Assembly: GCA_021323595.1 (NCBI GenBank) | Contig: JAJPKR010000031.1 | Coordinates: 13,599 to 77,598 of the forward strand | DNA: 64,000 nucleotides | Direction of reading: 5' to 3' | Origin: Terriglobia bacterium | GTDB taxonomy: Bacteria > Acidobacteriota > Terriglobia > Terriglobales > SCQP01 | Shown here: one piece after another, positions 35,586 to 44,552 of the stretch | Layout: each line of letters starts with the position of its first letter | Position numbering within the stretch: position 1 is the stretch's first letter | Program-made: the position numbers and the translations under genes | Notes under the pieces: generated by a model | The model's input: the letters and a program-made list of their open reading frames with translations, nothing else | What the model was told of the DNA's origin: nothing | Databases searched by the model: none

Positions 35586-37916
35586 ATGCCAAAGCCAACG
35601 CGACGTGACGCGCTGAAGACCTTGGCCGCCGGCGCCGCCGGTCTGGCGCTCGCTCCCGCTTTGGGCGCAACGGAAGCCGGCAGAACGTCATTCGGGCCGG
35701 TTGCATTTGCCGGCGCGTCCTGCGTGTTGCTCGCAGCCGCGATCTCGAAGCGCACGCTGCGCTTCACCTTCCTCCCGACGGCAACAACCATCGCCGCACC
35801 CGACGATGGGGCTCTTGTCATCGGGGAGCCGGACGCGTCCGGGCGCCCGCAACCCATCTCAGGGGGACAGGAAGTCGCCTGCGGCGATTTCCGGCTGCGC
35901 CTGACCGCGCAGCCGCTGGGCATTGAAATTCGCGACCGCAACGGCTCGCTCCGCCAGCGCCTGAGATTCGACGCCGGCACCGGCGCCATGGCCTTCGACC
36001 TAAGTGCGGCGCCGCTTTACGGGCTGGGCGAAGGCGGCGCGCAATTCAGCCCTCGCGGCGACTTCGACCGCAGCGGCTCGCTGTATCGGATGCGCAACGG
36101 CGAGTTCGGCGGGGAGCTGGCGCACGATGGCGCGCGCCTGCCGATCCCATTCCTGTTGAGCAGCGGCGGCTGGTCGCTTTTCGTGCATGCGCCGTATGGG
36201 GATTTTGATCTGAACGGCACGCCGCCTCCGGCGGGAACGGCGGCCGCAGGCGCAGGCTGGTTTCATCCCGATCGCGGCGCCGAGCTGTACCCGCGCCGCG
36301 GGGCAGAGCTTTTGCCCGCCACGGCGCTGCCGCTCGACGTCTTTTTCAGCTTCGGCGAGGGCCCGGCCGAACTGCTGGCGGAATACGCGCGGCTGACCGG
36401 CTTTCCCGCGCTGCCACCGCTCTGGGCCCTGGGCTTCCAGCAATCGCATCGCACGCTCGAGAGCCGCGAACAAGTGCTGGGGATCGCCCGCACCTACCGG
36501 GCCAAACGGCTGCCCTGCGACGTGCTGATCTATCTCGGCACCGGCTTCGCGCCTTCGGGGTGGAACACGGCCAATGGCTCGTTCGACTTCAATCCGCGCA
36601 TCTTCCCCGACCCCAAGGCGATGCTGGACGAGCTGCACTCCGAGCACTTTCATGTCGTCATGCACGCAGTCATTCTCGCGCCGCGCCTTAGCGGCAACGC
36701 GGGCGACGCTTGTCCGGTGGCGCGCTTCGATGACGAGCAGGCAGGATGTTACTGGGATGAGCACCGCCGCGATTTCGCGCTCGGCGTCGATGGCTGGTGG
36801 GCCGACGAAGGCGATGGGCTCGACCCAGCTTCCCGGCTGAATCGGATCCGCATGTACTGGGAAGGGCAACAGCGGGACCGGCCCAACCGCCGGCCCTATC
36901 TGCTGACTCGCAACGGTTACGCCGGGATGCAGCGCTATGCGCCGCTGGCTTGGTCGGGCGACATTACTTCCCAATGGCAGACGCTGCGCACACAGATCGC
37001 CGTCGGCCTCAATGCCGGTCTCAGCGGGCTGCCTTTCTGGGGCACCGATATCGGCGGCTTCTATCCCACGCCGGAGTTCACGGCTGAACTGTTCCTGCGC
37101 TGGTTTCAGTTCGGCGCTTTCTGCCCCGTGTTTCGCTGCCACGGCCGCGCCTGGATGCTGCGGCTGCCCTGGGGCTGGGATCGGGGCGAGATCGGTCCCG
37201 GCGAGATGGGCCCGAACGGCGCCAAAGTGCTGCCGCCGCCTTCGGCGCTGCACAATGCCACGGTCGAGCCGGTCTGCCGCCGTTACTTGGAACTGCGCTA
37301 CCGGCTCTTGCCCTACATCTATAGCCTCGCCTACCAAGCGCATCGCACGGGACAGCCGCTGATGCGTCCACTCTGGATGCACGCTCCCGGCGACGCGAAT
37401 GCCCACCGCGCCGATCAATATTTCTGGGGGCGCGACCTGATTGTTTCGCCGGTGCTCGAGCCGGGGGCGCAAACCCGGCGAACTTATCTTCCCGGCGGGA
37501 TCTGGCACGACTTCTGGACGGGCGAGCGCATCCACGGCGGCAAGGAGATCGAGCGCCAGGTGGATCTCGCTACCTTGCCGCTGCATGTGCGCAGCGGCGC
37601 GATCCTGCCCTTCGCGCCGGTGCGGCAGTACACGGCGGAGCCGGTAACGGACCCGCTGGAAATCGCGGTCTATCCGGGCGCGGACGGCGATTTCCTGCTG
37701 TTCGAGGATGACGGCGTCAGCTTCGACTATCAGCGCGGCGCGTGGATGGGGCTGCGCCTGCGCTGGCGCGACGACGCGCGCACGCTATCGCTTTCGCTCG
37801 CGCCGGGGTCGCGCCTGCTCGCGCCCCGGCCCCGTCCGCTGAAAGTGCGGGTCGTGGGGCAAGCCGAGTCGCGCGCCCTCGCATTCTCCGGCGCGCCGCA
37901 AACCATTCGGCTCTGA
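35586..37916 (+). CDS. GH31 glycoside hydrolase (alpha-glucosidase/xylosidase/galactosidase family), Tat signal
   Basis: Tat RRDALKTLAAGAAGLALAP. GH31 hallmarks GVDGWWADEGD, WSGDITSQWQTL and FWGTDIGGF. Confidence 0.85.
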   Translation: MPKPTRRDALKTLAAGAAGLALAPALGATEAGRTSFGPVAFAGASCVLLAAAISKRTLRFTFLPTATTIAAPDDGALVIGEPDASGRPQPISGGQEVACGDFRLRLTAQPLGIEIRDRNGSLRQRLRFDAGTGAMAFDLSAAPLYGLGEGGAQFSPRGDFDRSGSLYRMRNGEFGGELAHDGARLPIPFLLSSGGWSLFVHAPYGDFDLNGTPPPAGTAAAGAGWFHPDRGAELYPRRGAELLPATALPLDVFFSFGEGPAELLAEYARLTGFPALPPLWALGFQQSHRTLESREQVLGIARTYRAKRLPCDVLIYLGTGFAPSGWNTANGSFDFNPRIFPDPKAMLDELHSEHFHVVMHAVILAPRLSGNAGDACPVARFDDEQAGCYWDEHRRDFALGVDGWWADEGDGLDPASRLNRIRMYWEGQQRDRPNRRPYLLTRNGYAGMQRYAPLAWSGDITSQWQTLRTQIAVGLNAGLSGLPFWGTDIGGFYPTPEFTAELFLRWFQFGAFCPVFRCHGRAWMLRLPWGWDRGEIGPGEMGPNGAKVLPPPSALHNATVEPVCRRYLELRYRLLPYIYSLAYQAHRTGQPLMRPLWMHAPGDANAHRADQYFWGRDLIVSPVLEPGAQTRRTYLPGGIWHDFWTGERIHGGKEIERQVDLATLPLHVRSGAILPFAPVRQYTAEPVTDPLEIAVYPGADGDFLLFEDDGVSFDYQRGAWMGLRLRWRDDARTLSLSLAPGSRLLAPRPRPLKVRVVGQAESRALAFSGAPQTIRL

Positions 37917-37959
37917 GCCGCGCCGATTAGGCTCAGCGGCGGAGCCTCAATCCCGCCGC

Positions 37960-39195
37960 TTATCCGGCGTTGGCCGAGCGGGCATCGGCGCCGAAATGCA
38001 GGAGACGATCGAGGACGTAGTTGCTGTCGATGGCTTCTCCGCTGAGCGCCATCGCCAGAATTTCGCCGCCTAGCACCTGGGGCGCCAGCAAGATATCGGG
38101 CTGCACCCGCCGCACGCGCTCGAGATACTTGCCGTCGTTGATCGCGGCCACGGTCTTGGCGCGGCTTTCGAGTTCCTTGACGGCGAGGACGATGAAGGCG
38201 TTCTCGGAGTCGTCGGCGCGCAGCGCGAGCACTGCGCGCGCTTGCTTGGCGCCGGCTTTCTCCAAGACGTCGAGGCTGTTGGGATCGCCGATCACGATGT
38301 CGGCGCCGTCGAATTGCCCTTCCGCCGGCGCTTGCGCGAAAAGCAAGGTCACCGGCTGCTTGCGGCGGCTCAACTCGCGATAGGTGTTATACGCCAGCGG
38401 CGTGTTGCCGATGATGATGAAGTGATCCTTGCGGTTCATGAGCTTGCCTCGCCGTTCCACGATGCGCCGGAGACTGCCCCCGACCACCGGTCCCATGATG
38501 GCGCTGAGCGAGGTGGCGAAGACGGTGATGCCGAGGATGATAATCGAAACCGCGAACAGGCGCGCGTGCGGGGTGCGCGGCGTAATATCGCCGTAACCGA
38601 CGGTGCCCATGGTGACGATCGCATAGTACAAAGCGGTGGTGAGATCGTTGATGGGCGGCGTGAACTGCATCCCCATGTAGAACGCGCCGAACACGGCATA
38701 GAGCAGCAGCAAGACGCCGCTGGCGAGCGCGAAGAGCGTGCCTGCGGCCAAGCTGCTGCGGTTGAAGCGCCGGTAGCTGACGAGCAGCGCGCAGAGCAGC
38801 AGCGCATCGTAATAAATCAGCGCGGAGTAAAACGTGTGCGTGATTTTGATCGCCACCAAGATGGTGATGGCGGTCAGGCCGAGCGAGACGATCCAGGAAA
38901 ATCGCGAGCGCAGCAGCAAACCCACCGACATGGCGAGCATGCCCAGGCCGATCATGGCGAAGGGGATGCCGCGGGCGCCGAGGCGCAAGCTGGTGGTCGT
39001 CAGCGCCGCGAACGGCTGACGCCAGATGGGGGCGGCGCCGTGCAAGCCGGAGAGCAGCAGCAGCGCCCCGCCGAGGGCGAGACCGGCAGCCAGGGGCACG
39101 TGCGGGAACCAGGCGGAGTCGTTGAGGCCGCGCAGCGCGCGCTTGGAGCCGGCCAGAGCGGCGCGCACAAGCGATTGCGGCGGTTCGCGGAGCAC
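37960..39195 (-). CDS. Potassium channel with C-terminal RCK/TrkA-N domain
   Basis: Selectivity filter TVGYGD; multiple TM helices; Rossmann-like FIIIGNTPLAYNTYREL. GTG start at 39195. Confidence 0.85.
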   Translation of the reverse strand: MLREPPQSLVRAALAGSKRALRGLNDSAWFPHVPLAAGLALGGALLLLSGLHGAAPIWRQPFAALTTTSLRLGARGIPFAMIGLGMLAMSVGLLLRSRFSWIVSLGLTAITILVAIKITHTFYSALIYYDALLLCALLVSYRRFNRSSLAAGTLFALASGVLLLLYAVFGAFYMGMQFTPPINDLTTALYYAIVTMGTVGYGDITPRTPHARLFAVSIIILGITVFATSLSAIMGPVVGGSLRRIVERRGKLMNRKDHFIIIGNTPLAYNTYRELSRRKQPVTLLFAQAPAEGQFDGADIVIGDPNSLDVLEKAGAKQARAVLALRADDSENAFIVLAVKELESRAKTVAAINDGKYLERVRRVQPDILLAPQVLGGEILAMALSGEAIDSNYVLDRLLHFGADARSANAG

Positions 39196-39275
39196 GTTTC
39201 AGAATAGAGCCGAAGGCCGCGCTCCCGCCACGCTTATGGTGGGCAGGGCGATAAGCTTCGCAGGGCGTCGTTCTT

Positions 39276-39398
39276 CCACCCCAAGCCGCGCCGCTGCGCC
39301 TTGGGGACCCCGGTTCCCACCCCTAGCCGCGCCGCTGCGCCTTGGGGACCCCGGTTCCCACCCCAAGCCGCGCCGCTGCGCCTTGGGGACCCCGGTTC
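39276..39398. repeat. Tandem repeat, 3 x 41 bp, each unit containing a hairpin
   Basis: Unit is CCACCCCAAGCCGCGCCGCTGCGCCTTGGGGACCCCGGTTC at 39276, 39317 and 39358. Copies 1 and 3 are identical; copy 2 has one A-to-T change. CCCCAAG/CTTGGGG form a 7-bp stem. Confidence 0.9.
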
Positions 39399-39632
39399 GG
39401 CTGCTCGGGGCGGACCGGATACGTTGGTGTATTCCTCCGCCCCGCCCAGCCTGCGACCTCGCCCTGCTGGCTTCTCGCTGCGCTCCGGCGTGGTCAGCTG
39501 ACAAGGACCCGCCCCGCGGAACTCGCACGTCCTCGCCCAGCGCTTCGCTGCGCTGCGGATTCCCCTCGATCTCGGCTGGCTGGAGTTTCAGTTGTGGACT
39601 CGGCGGCTGCCGCCTGCGATGATGCCGGGAGG

Positions 39633-41306
39633 CTAGGTTTGGATGACGCCGGTGCGCAGGGGCGGCAGCTCAGCATTATGGGCGGCGGCTTCGAGCGCGG
39701 CGATCAGCCAGGCGCGCGTGTCCAGCGGATCGATGACGGCATCCACCCAGAGACGCGCGGCGCCATAGCGCGGATCGGCCTGCGCGTCGTAGCTGGCGCG
39801 GATCGAGGCGAGCAGCTCCTCCTGCTCGGCGGCTGACAAAGATTTCCCTTCCTTCTTCAACTGACTGAGCTTGATCTCCAGCAGGGTCTGGGCAGCCTGA
39901 TCACCGCCCATGACCGCATACCGCGCGCTCGGCCAGGCCAGCAAGAAACGCGGATCGTAGGCCTTGCCGCACATGGCATAGTGGCCGGCCCCGAAGCTGC
40001 CGCCGACGACGACGCTGATTTTAGGGACGACGCTGTTCGCCACCGCGTTCACCATCTGCGCGCCGGCCCGGATGATGCCCTCGGCTTCGGCCTCGCGCCC
40101 CACCATGAAACCGTTGACATCATGCAGGAACACCAGCGGAATGCGGTTCTGATTGCAATCCAAGATGAAGCGGGCCGCCTTGGAGGCGGCTTCGGCATAG
40201 ATCACGCCGCCCACTTCGATGCGCTGATCGGGCCGCCGCACGACGCGTTTTTGGTTGGCAACGATGCCGACGGCAAAACCGCCGAGGCGGGCGAAGCCGC
40301 ACACCAAGGTTTGCCCATACTCGGCGCGGTACTCGTCAAAGCGGCTGCCATCGAGCAGGCAGGCGAGCAGGTCGCGCATTTCATACTGCTGGCGCGGATC
40401 GCTGGTGAACAAGCCGTACAAGTCCTCGGCGGGAAACAGCGGATCCTCGGCCATGATGCGGTCGAAGGGCGACGCCGGGGGCCGGCCGAGCCGCGACATC
40501 AGCCCGCGAATGCGCGCCAAGCAAGCGGCATCGTCAGGCTCGCGGAAATCCACGGTGCCGCTGATAGCGGCGTGCATCTTAGCGCCGCCGAGATCTTCGC
40601 TCGTGACCTTTTGCCCGATCGCCGACTGCACCAGCGCAGGACCGGCGAGATAGAGGCCGCTGCCTTCGGTCATCAGAATGGTGTCGCACATGACCGGCAG
40701 GTACGCGCCACCGGCCACGCAGTTGCCCATGATGGCGGCAACCTGCGGCACGCCAAGAGCCGACAGGACGGCGTTATTGCGGAAGACGCGGCCGAAATCG
40801 TCGGTGTCGGGAAATACATCCTCTTGCAGGGGCAGGAACACGCCCGCCGAATCCACCAGGTAAATCACCGGCAAGCGATTGTCCAGGGCGATGTTTTGGG
40901 CCCGAATCACCTTCTTCGCCGTCATGGGGAAGAAAGCGCCTGCCTTGACGGTGGCATCGTTGGCGATGATCATCGCCATCCGGCCCTCAACGACACCCAG
41001 CCCGCAGACCACGCCCGCGGCCGGCGCACCGCCCCACTCCTGGTACATGCCATCAGCGGCGTAGAGGCCGATCTCGAAAAACGTCGTGTCGCGATCGAGC
41101 AGGGAGGCGATGCGCTCGCGCGCGGTCAGCCGCCCTTTAGCGTGCTGGCGCGCGATCGCCGCGTCGCCGCCACCTTGCATCAGCGCCGCTTCCTCTTCGA
41201 GCACGCGGCGCGCAAGCGCCGCCATGGTCTTTTGATTGGCCTGGTAGCGCGCCGATTGGCGGTCAATTTGTGGGGATAATAAATTGCCGGTCGTCTTCCC
41301 GCTCAT
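39633..41306 (-). CDS. Acyl-CoA carboxylase carboxyltransferase (beta) subunit, methylcrotonyl-/propionyl-CoA carboxylase type
   Basis: 557 aa. Carboxyltransferase motifs IIANDATVKAGAFFPMTAKK, IYLVDSAGVFLP and AAIMGNCVAGGAYLP. Confidence 0.85.
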   Translation of the reverse strand: MSGKTTGNLLSPQIDRQSARYQANQKTMAALARRVLEEEAALMQGGGDAAIARQHAKGRLTARERIASLLDRDTTFFEIGLYAADGMYQEWGGAPAAGVVCGLGVVEGRMAMIIANDATVKAGAFFPMTAKKVIRAQNIALDNRLPVIYLVDSAGVFLPLQEDVFPDTDDFGRVFRNNAVLSALGVPQVAAIMGNCVAGGAYLPVMCDTILMTEGSGLYLAGPALVQSAIGQKVTSEDLGGAKMHAAISGTVDFREPDDAACLARIRGLMSRLGRPPASPFDRIMAEDPLFPAEDLYGLFTSDPRQQYEMRDLLACLLDGSRFDEYRAEYGQTLVCGFARLGGFAVGIVANQKRVVRRPDQRIEVGGVIYAEAASKAARFILDCNQNRIPLVFLHDVNGFMVGREAEAEGIIRAGAQMVNAVANSVVPKISVVVGGSFGAGHYAMCGKAYDPRFLLAWPSARYAVMGGDQAAQTLLEIKLSQLKKEGKSLSAAEQEELLASIRASYDAQADPRYGAARLWVDAVIDPLDTRAWLIAALEAAAHNAELPPLRTGVIQT

Positions 41307-41395
41307 CGCCCCCCAGTGTACGCGACCCCCGCCCCCGCCGCCTCGCCACTCGCCGCAGCGTCAAGCAGCGCGACTTTCGGGCACATTATTTTCGT

Positions 41396-41614
41396 ATGAG
41401 GAACATCAGGCTCAGCGCCGACGCCAAACTGGTCGCGCAGGCGCGCCCGGTTGCGCGGCAGCGGCACGCGACGTTGGACGCAGCCTCTCGGGAACGGTTA
41501 AGGCAATACGCGGACCGTAACCAGGTCGCGCGGAACTACGAAGCGCTTATGGATCGGCTGTCTTACTTGCGTCCGGGTAGAAAATTCGCTCGCGAAGAGA
41601 TGAATGGGCGATAG
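41396..41614 (+). CDS. Putative type II antitoxin (VapB-like small DNA-binding protein)
   Basis: 72 aa (MRNIRLSADAKLVAQARPVARQRHATLDAA...). Its stop overlaps the ATG (41604) of a PIN-like reading frame, the classic TA arrangement. Confidence 0.5.
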   Translation: MRNIRLSADAKLVAQARPVARQRHATLDAASRERLRQYADRNQVARNYEALMDRLSYLRPGRKFAREEMNGR

Positions 41615-42022
41615 GTTCTTCCTAGATACGAACATTTGATCTATTCGCCCGATCCGGATGCACCGGACAAGCGCGCACGCGCCCGGGCGCTGAAAGCGCG
41701 AGCGATCGCGACCCGCCGGGTGCAGCGATCAGGCGGCGCAAGAGTTTTTTTAATAATGCTGCGCCGCTTCGATCGCTCCGTAGAGCCGCACGACGCGCTT
41801 CGCTACCCGGCGGAAATGTTCGCCCCACTCTGGGGCGAGAACGCGCCCCCCAGTTGTTGGTCGCAGCGGATGCTCTAGCCGAGGCGCACCGCCTTGCCTG
41901 GCACGACGCGCTAGTCGTCGCCGCCGCGCAAGTAGCCGAGTGCGCCGTGCTCTATAGCGAGGGCTCCCCGCTCGGCCGCCTCTTCGCCACGAGCCCAGAG
42001 CCCCGAGCGATTTTCTGCTTAA
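41604..42022 (+). pseudogene. Frameshifted PIN-domain (VapC-like) toxin remnant
   Basis: ATG 41604 gives MGDRFFLDTNI then stop. The PIN-like sequence continues in other frames: LIYSPDPDAPDKRARARAL (frame of 41636), SDQAAQEFF (stops at the T7 run 41745-41751), NNAA...LLVAADALAEAHRLAWHDALVVAAAQVAECAVLYSEG. At least 3 frame changes; two fall in T-runs. Confidence 0.5.
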
Positions 42023-42063
42023 AGTGTGCGCCCCCGCAGCCAGGGCGGCAATGCAAGGAGAAT

Positions 42064-44544
42064 TTAGACCTGCCGCAAAATCTCGGCTGGGTTCACGGCG
42101 CGAATGGACCAACCCCCAATCAGCGCCGCGAGGCATCCGGAACCCACGGCGAGAAGCGCAACCACTCCCAATTGTGCCCAAAAATAAGTGATCCCGTCCG
42201 GGGCGAGCAAGCGCAAGGAAGGTCGAAAGAGCTCGACCGCCGCCGCGCTCGCTGCGACTCCCGCCAGCATCGGGCCGCAAACTTTGACCAGAAGAATCCG
42301 CATTACCCGTGACACTGGGCTGCCGAGCGCAAGCCGCACCGCGATCTCCCGCCTGGACTCGCGGGCGACAAAGGAAGCGACGGCAAAACTCCCCGCCGCG
42401 GCCAGTAAGAGCGCCAGAGCGGCGAAGATCAGCAAAACCGCTTTCCTGTTTTCCGGCGCCGCGGAGCCCTCCTTGAGCGCTTGGCTCGCTGCCTGAACGG
42501 AAACGGCAACGGGAGTTTGTTGCCCAACCGCAAGCGCCCTCCGGATGCTCGGCACTGGCGGTGGCGCTGCGCCCCTAGATCGCACCAGCAACCACTCCAA
42601 CGGCAGGACCAGGTGCTGGGGGAAGGGGAGATATACCAGAGGTTCGGCATCGCTGAATATCCCCGTGTCCAAGCGAGCTTGAGACGCCTCGCCCACGACC
42701 GTGAATGTGCCCAACCCTGCCGTCTCGATTTGCCGGCCGAGGGGGGAAGCCGCGCCCCAAAAGAAGCGTGCAAACGCGGCATCGACGACCGCCACGTGCG
42801 CATTACCCAGGCATTCCGCCCGTGTGAACCCGCGTCCCCTCTCCAGACGTGTGCCGACCGCCTTGAAGTAATCCGGCGTGACCGCGAGAGCCGTGAACTG
42901 CAGCCCCTGTGCCGGCAGAGCTCGCGTGCTGCCGCCCGCGCCCGTCACAACCAAGGTCTCACCGCTGTCTTCGGAAGCCGGGCTGCCGTCCGCCAGCGCC
43001 GCCGCCATGACTTCCGGCTGTCGCGCGACCTCGTCGACGCGGCGTAGAGCATCCTCGGCGGCCAGCGGCAGCGCCGGTGATGCCCCGTGGGGGCTGAATG
43101 AGTAAAACCACAAATGGGCCGGCTGCCATCCTAGCGGCTTTTGTTCCGCCCTCCACAAGGCCCCGGCGGCGATTGCGGCCGCACCAGTGAGGATAAATGC
43201 TAGCGCGGCCTGAGAGCCAAGCAGCACCGAGAAGAGCCGCCGTTGGCGCCGCGAGGCGGTCACGGATAGCCCGGGCTCCTGCAAGTGGCGAGCCAGACCC
43301 AAGCTGCCGAGCCGCAGCCCGACAGCGAGCAGTGGAACCGCCGCGCTGGCACCGATGATCGCTACAAGCAAAAAATACGAGGTGCCCGAAGCGGGCGCCA
43401 ATCCGCTTTGGGCCCCAGCCCCGGGCGTGGGCAGCACCGCAAGAAAGCACCGCCCTGCCCAGCCGGACGTTGCGCCGGCCACCACCGCCCCGATCAGGCA
43501 GACGAGCGCGATCTCTATTCCCGTCCCGAGAACCGCACGGACACGGGTGGCGCCCAAGGCAATCCGCACGGCAATTTCGCGTTCCCGGCGGGCTGCACGC
43601 ACCCAAAAAAGAATGCAGATGACGGCCCAAGCGTTCAGAAGCACAAGCAGCGTGCCCGCTAATAGGAGCGCGGCCACACCGCGGTGATCGCCCTGGAGAT
43701 CGGTGGCCAGGGGCACCAGGCGAAGGCTGACATGCGGCCAACCTAAAAGGTGCGGCTCGCGCATGCGCGCGAGTGGGGCCCGAAGCTGCGCCTCCGCCTC
43801 GGCAGGGGTGAGGCGGGCTCGCAATCGCCCAACAGCATGCGGCAAAAACTCGAAGAAGCTGCCCTGCGAATTCATGATCGTGTTGACGGTCACCGGATCC
43901 GCGCCGGGCAGCCAAATTTCGCTGCCAAGTGGAAAGTCGAAGTGCGGCGGCATCACCCCGGTCACGCGATAGGCCCTATCGTTAATGACAACGGCTCGCC
44001 CCAGCACGCTCGCTCTGCCGCCGAAACGCTGGCGCCAGAGGCGATCGCTAATCACGGCGACGGAGCCCACCGGCGATCCCGGTGAGCCAGTTATGAGGCC
44101 GAAGCCCGGACCGAGCTGCGGGGCGACGCCCAGCACGCGAAACAGGTCGAGCGAGACCACGGCGCCACGCAGCTTGGCCGGCGGCCCGGGTTCGGTAATG
44201 TCGAGCGACAGGTTGGGGCTGGGAGGAATGTAGAGCCCCACTCCTTCGAATACCTGGGTCTGCCGACGCACCAGCAAATAATTCGCGTAGGTCAGGTTGA
44301 GGAACGGTACGCCGAGGCGCCGGCTCGCTGCCGGGGGGATTCGTTCATGGATTGCCACCAGGGCATCGGGCCGGGCAAACGGCAGTTGGGGGAAAAAAAC
44401 GCTCTGCACCAGCCGCCAGGCCGCAAAATTCAAGCCGACCCCCGCGGCCAGGATCAGACCGACCGCCGCTATGAAGCCCGGGGTTTTCGCGGCCGACCGC
44501 AGCGCATGCCGTGCATCCTCCCCAAGGCCAGACATCCGCGACAT
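42064..44544 (-). CDS. ADOP-type duplicated FtsX/MacB-like ABC permease (no adjacent ATPase)
   Basis: 826 aa from ATG 44544. Two FtsX-like 4-TM modules, each preceded by a large extracytoplasmic domain. The N-terminus ALRSAAKTPGFIAAVGLILAAGVGLN is typical of this family. Confidence 0.85.
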   Translation of the reverse strand: MSRMSGLGEDARHALRSAAKTPGFIAAVGLILAAGVGLNFAAWRLVQSVFFPQLPFARPDALVAIHERIPPAASRRLGVPFLNLTYANYLLVRRQTQVFEGVGLYIPPSPNLSLDITEPGPPAKLRGAVVSLDLFRVLGVAPQLGPGFGLITGSPGSPVGSVAVISDRLWRQRFGGRASVLGRAVVINDRAYRVTGVMPPHFDFPLGSEIWLPGADPVTVNTIMNSQGSFFEFLPHAVGRLRARLTPAEAEAQLRAPLARMREPHLLGWPHVSLRLVPLATDLQGDHRGVAALLLAGTLLVLLNAWAVICILFWVRAARREREIAVRIALGATRVRAVLGTGIEIALVCLIGAVVAGATSGWAGRCFLAVLPTPGAGAQSGLAPASGTSYFLLVAIIGASAAVPLLAVGLRLGSLGLARHLQEPGLSVTASRRQRRLFSVLLGSQAALAFILTGAAAIAAGALWRAEQKPLGWQPAHLWFYSFSPHGASPALPLAAEDALRRVDEVARQPEVMAAALADGSPASEDSGETLVVTGAGGSTRALPAQGLQFTALAVTPDYFKAVGTRLERGRGFTRAECLGNAHVAVVDAAFARFFWGAASPLGRQIETAGLGTFTVVGEASQARLDTGIFSDAEPLVYLPFPQHLVLPLEWLLVRSRGAAPPPVPSIRRALAVGQQTPVAVSVQAASQALKEGSAAPENRKAVLLIFAALALLLAAAGSFAVASFVARESRREIAVRLALGSPVSRVMRILLVKVCGPMLAGVAASAAAVELFRPSLRLLAPDGITYFWAQLGVVALLAVGSGCLAALIGGWSIRAVNPAEILRQV

Positions 44545-44552
44545 TACCAATC

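Noticed and set aside
37929-37947. Hairpin AGGCTC-N7-GAGCCT between GH31 and the K+ channel gene as a terminator.
   Set aside because: It has only a 6-bp stem and no T-tract on either strand.
39276-39398. The 41-bp tandem repeat as a CRISPR array.
   Set aside because: The units are directly adjacent with no spacers, there are only three copies, and no cas genes are nearby.
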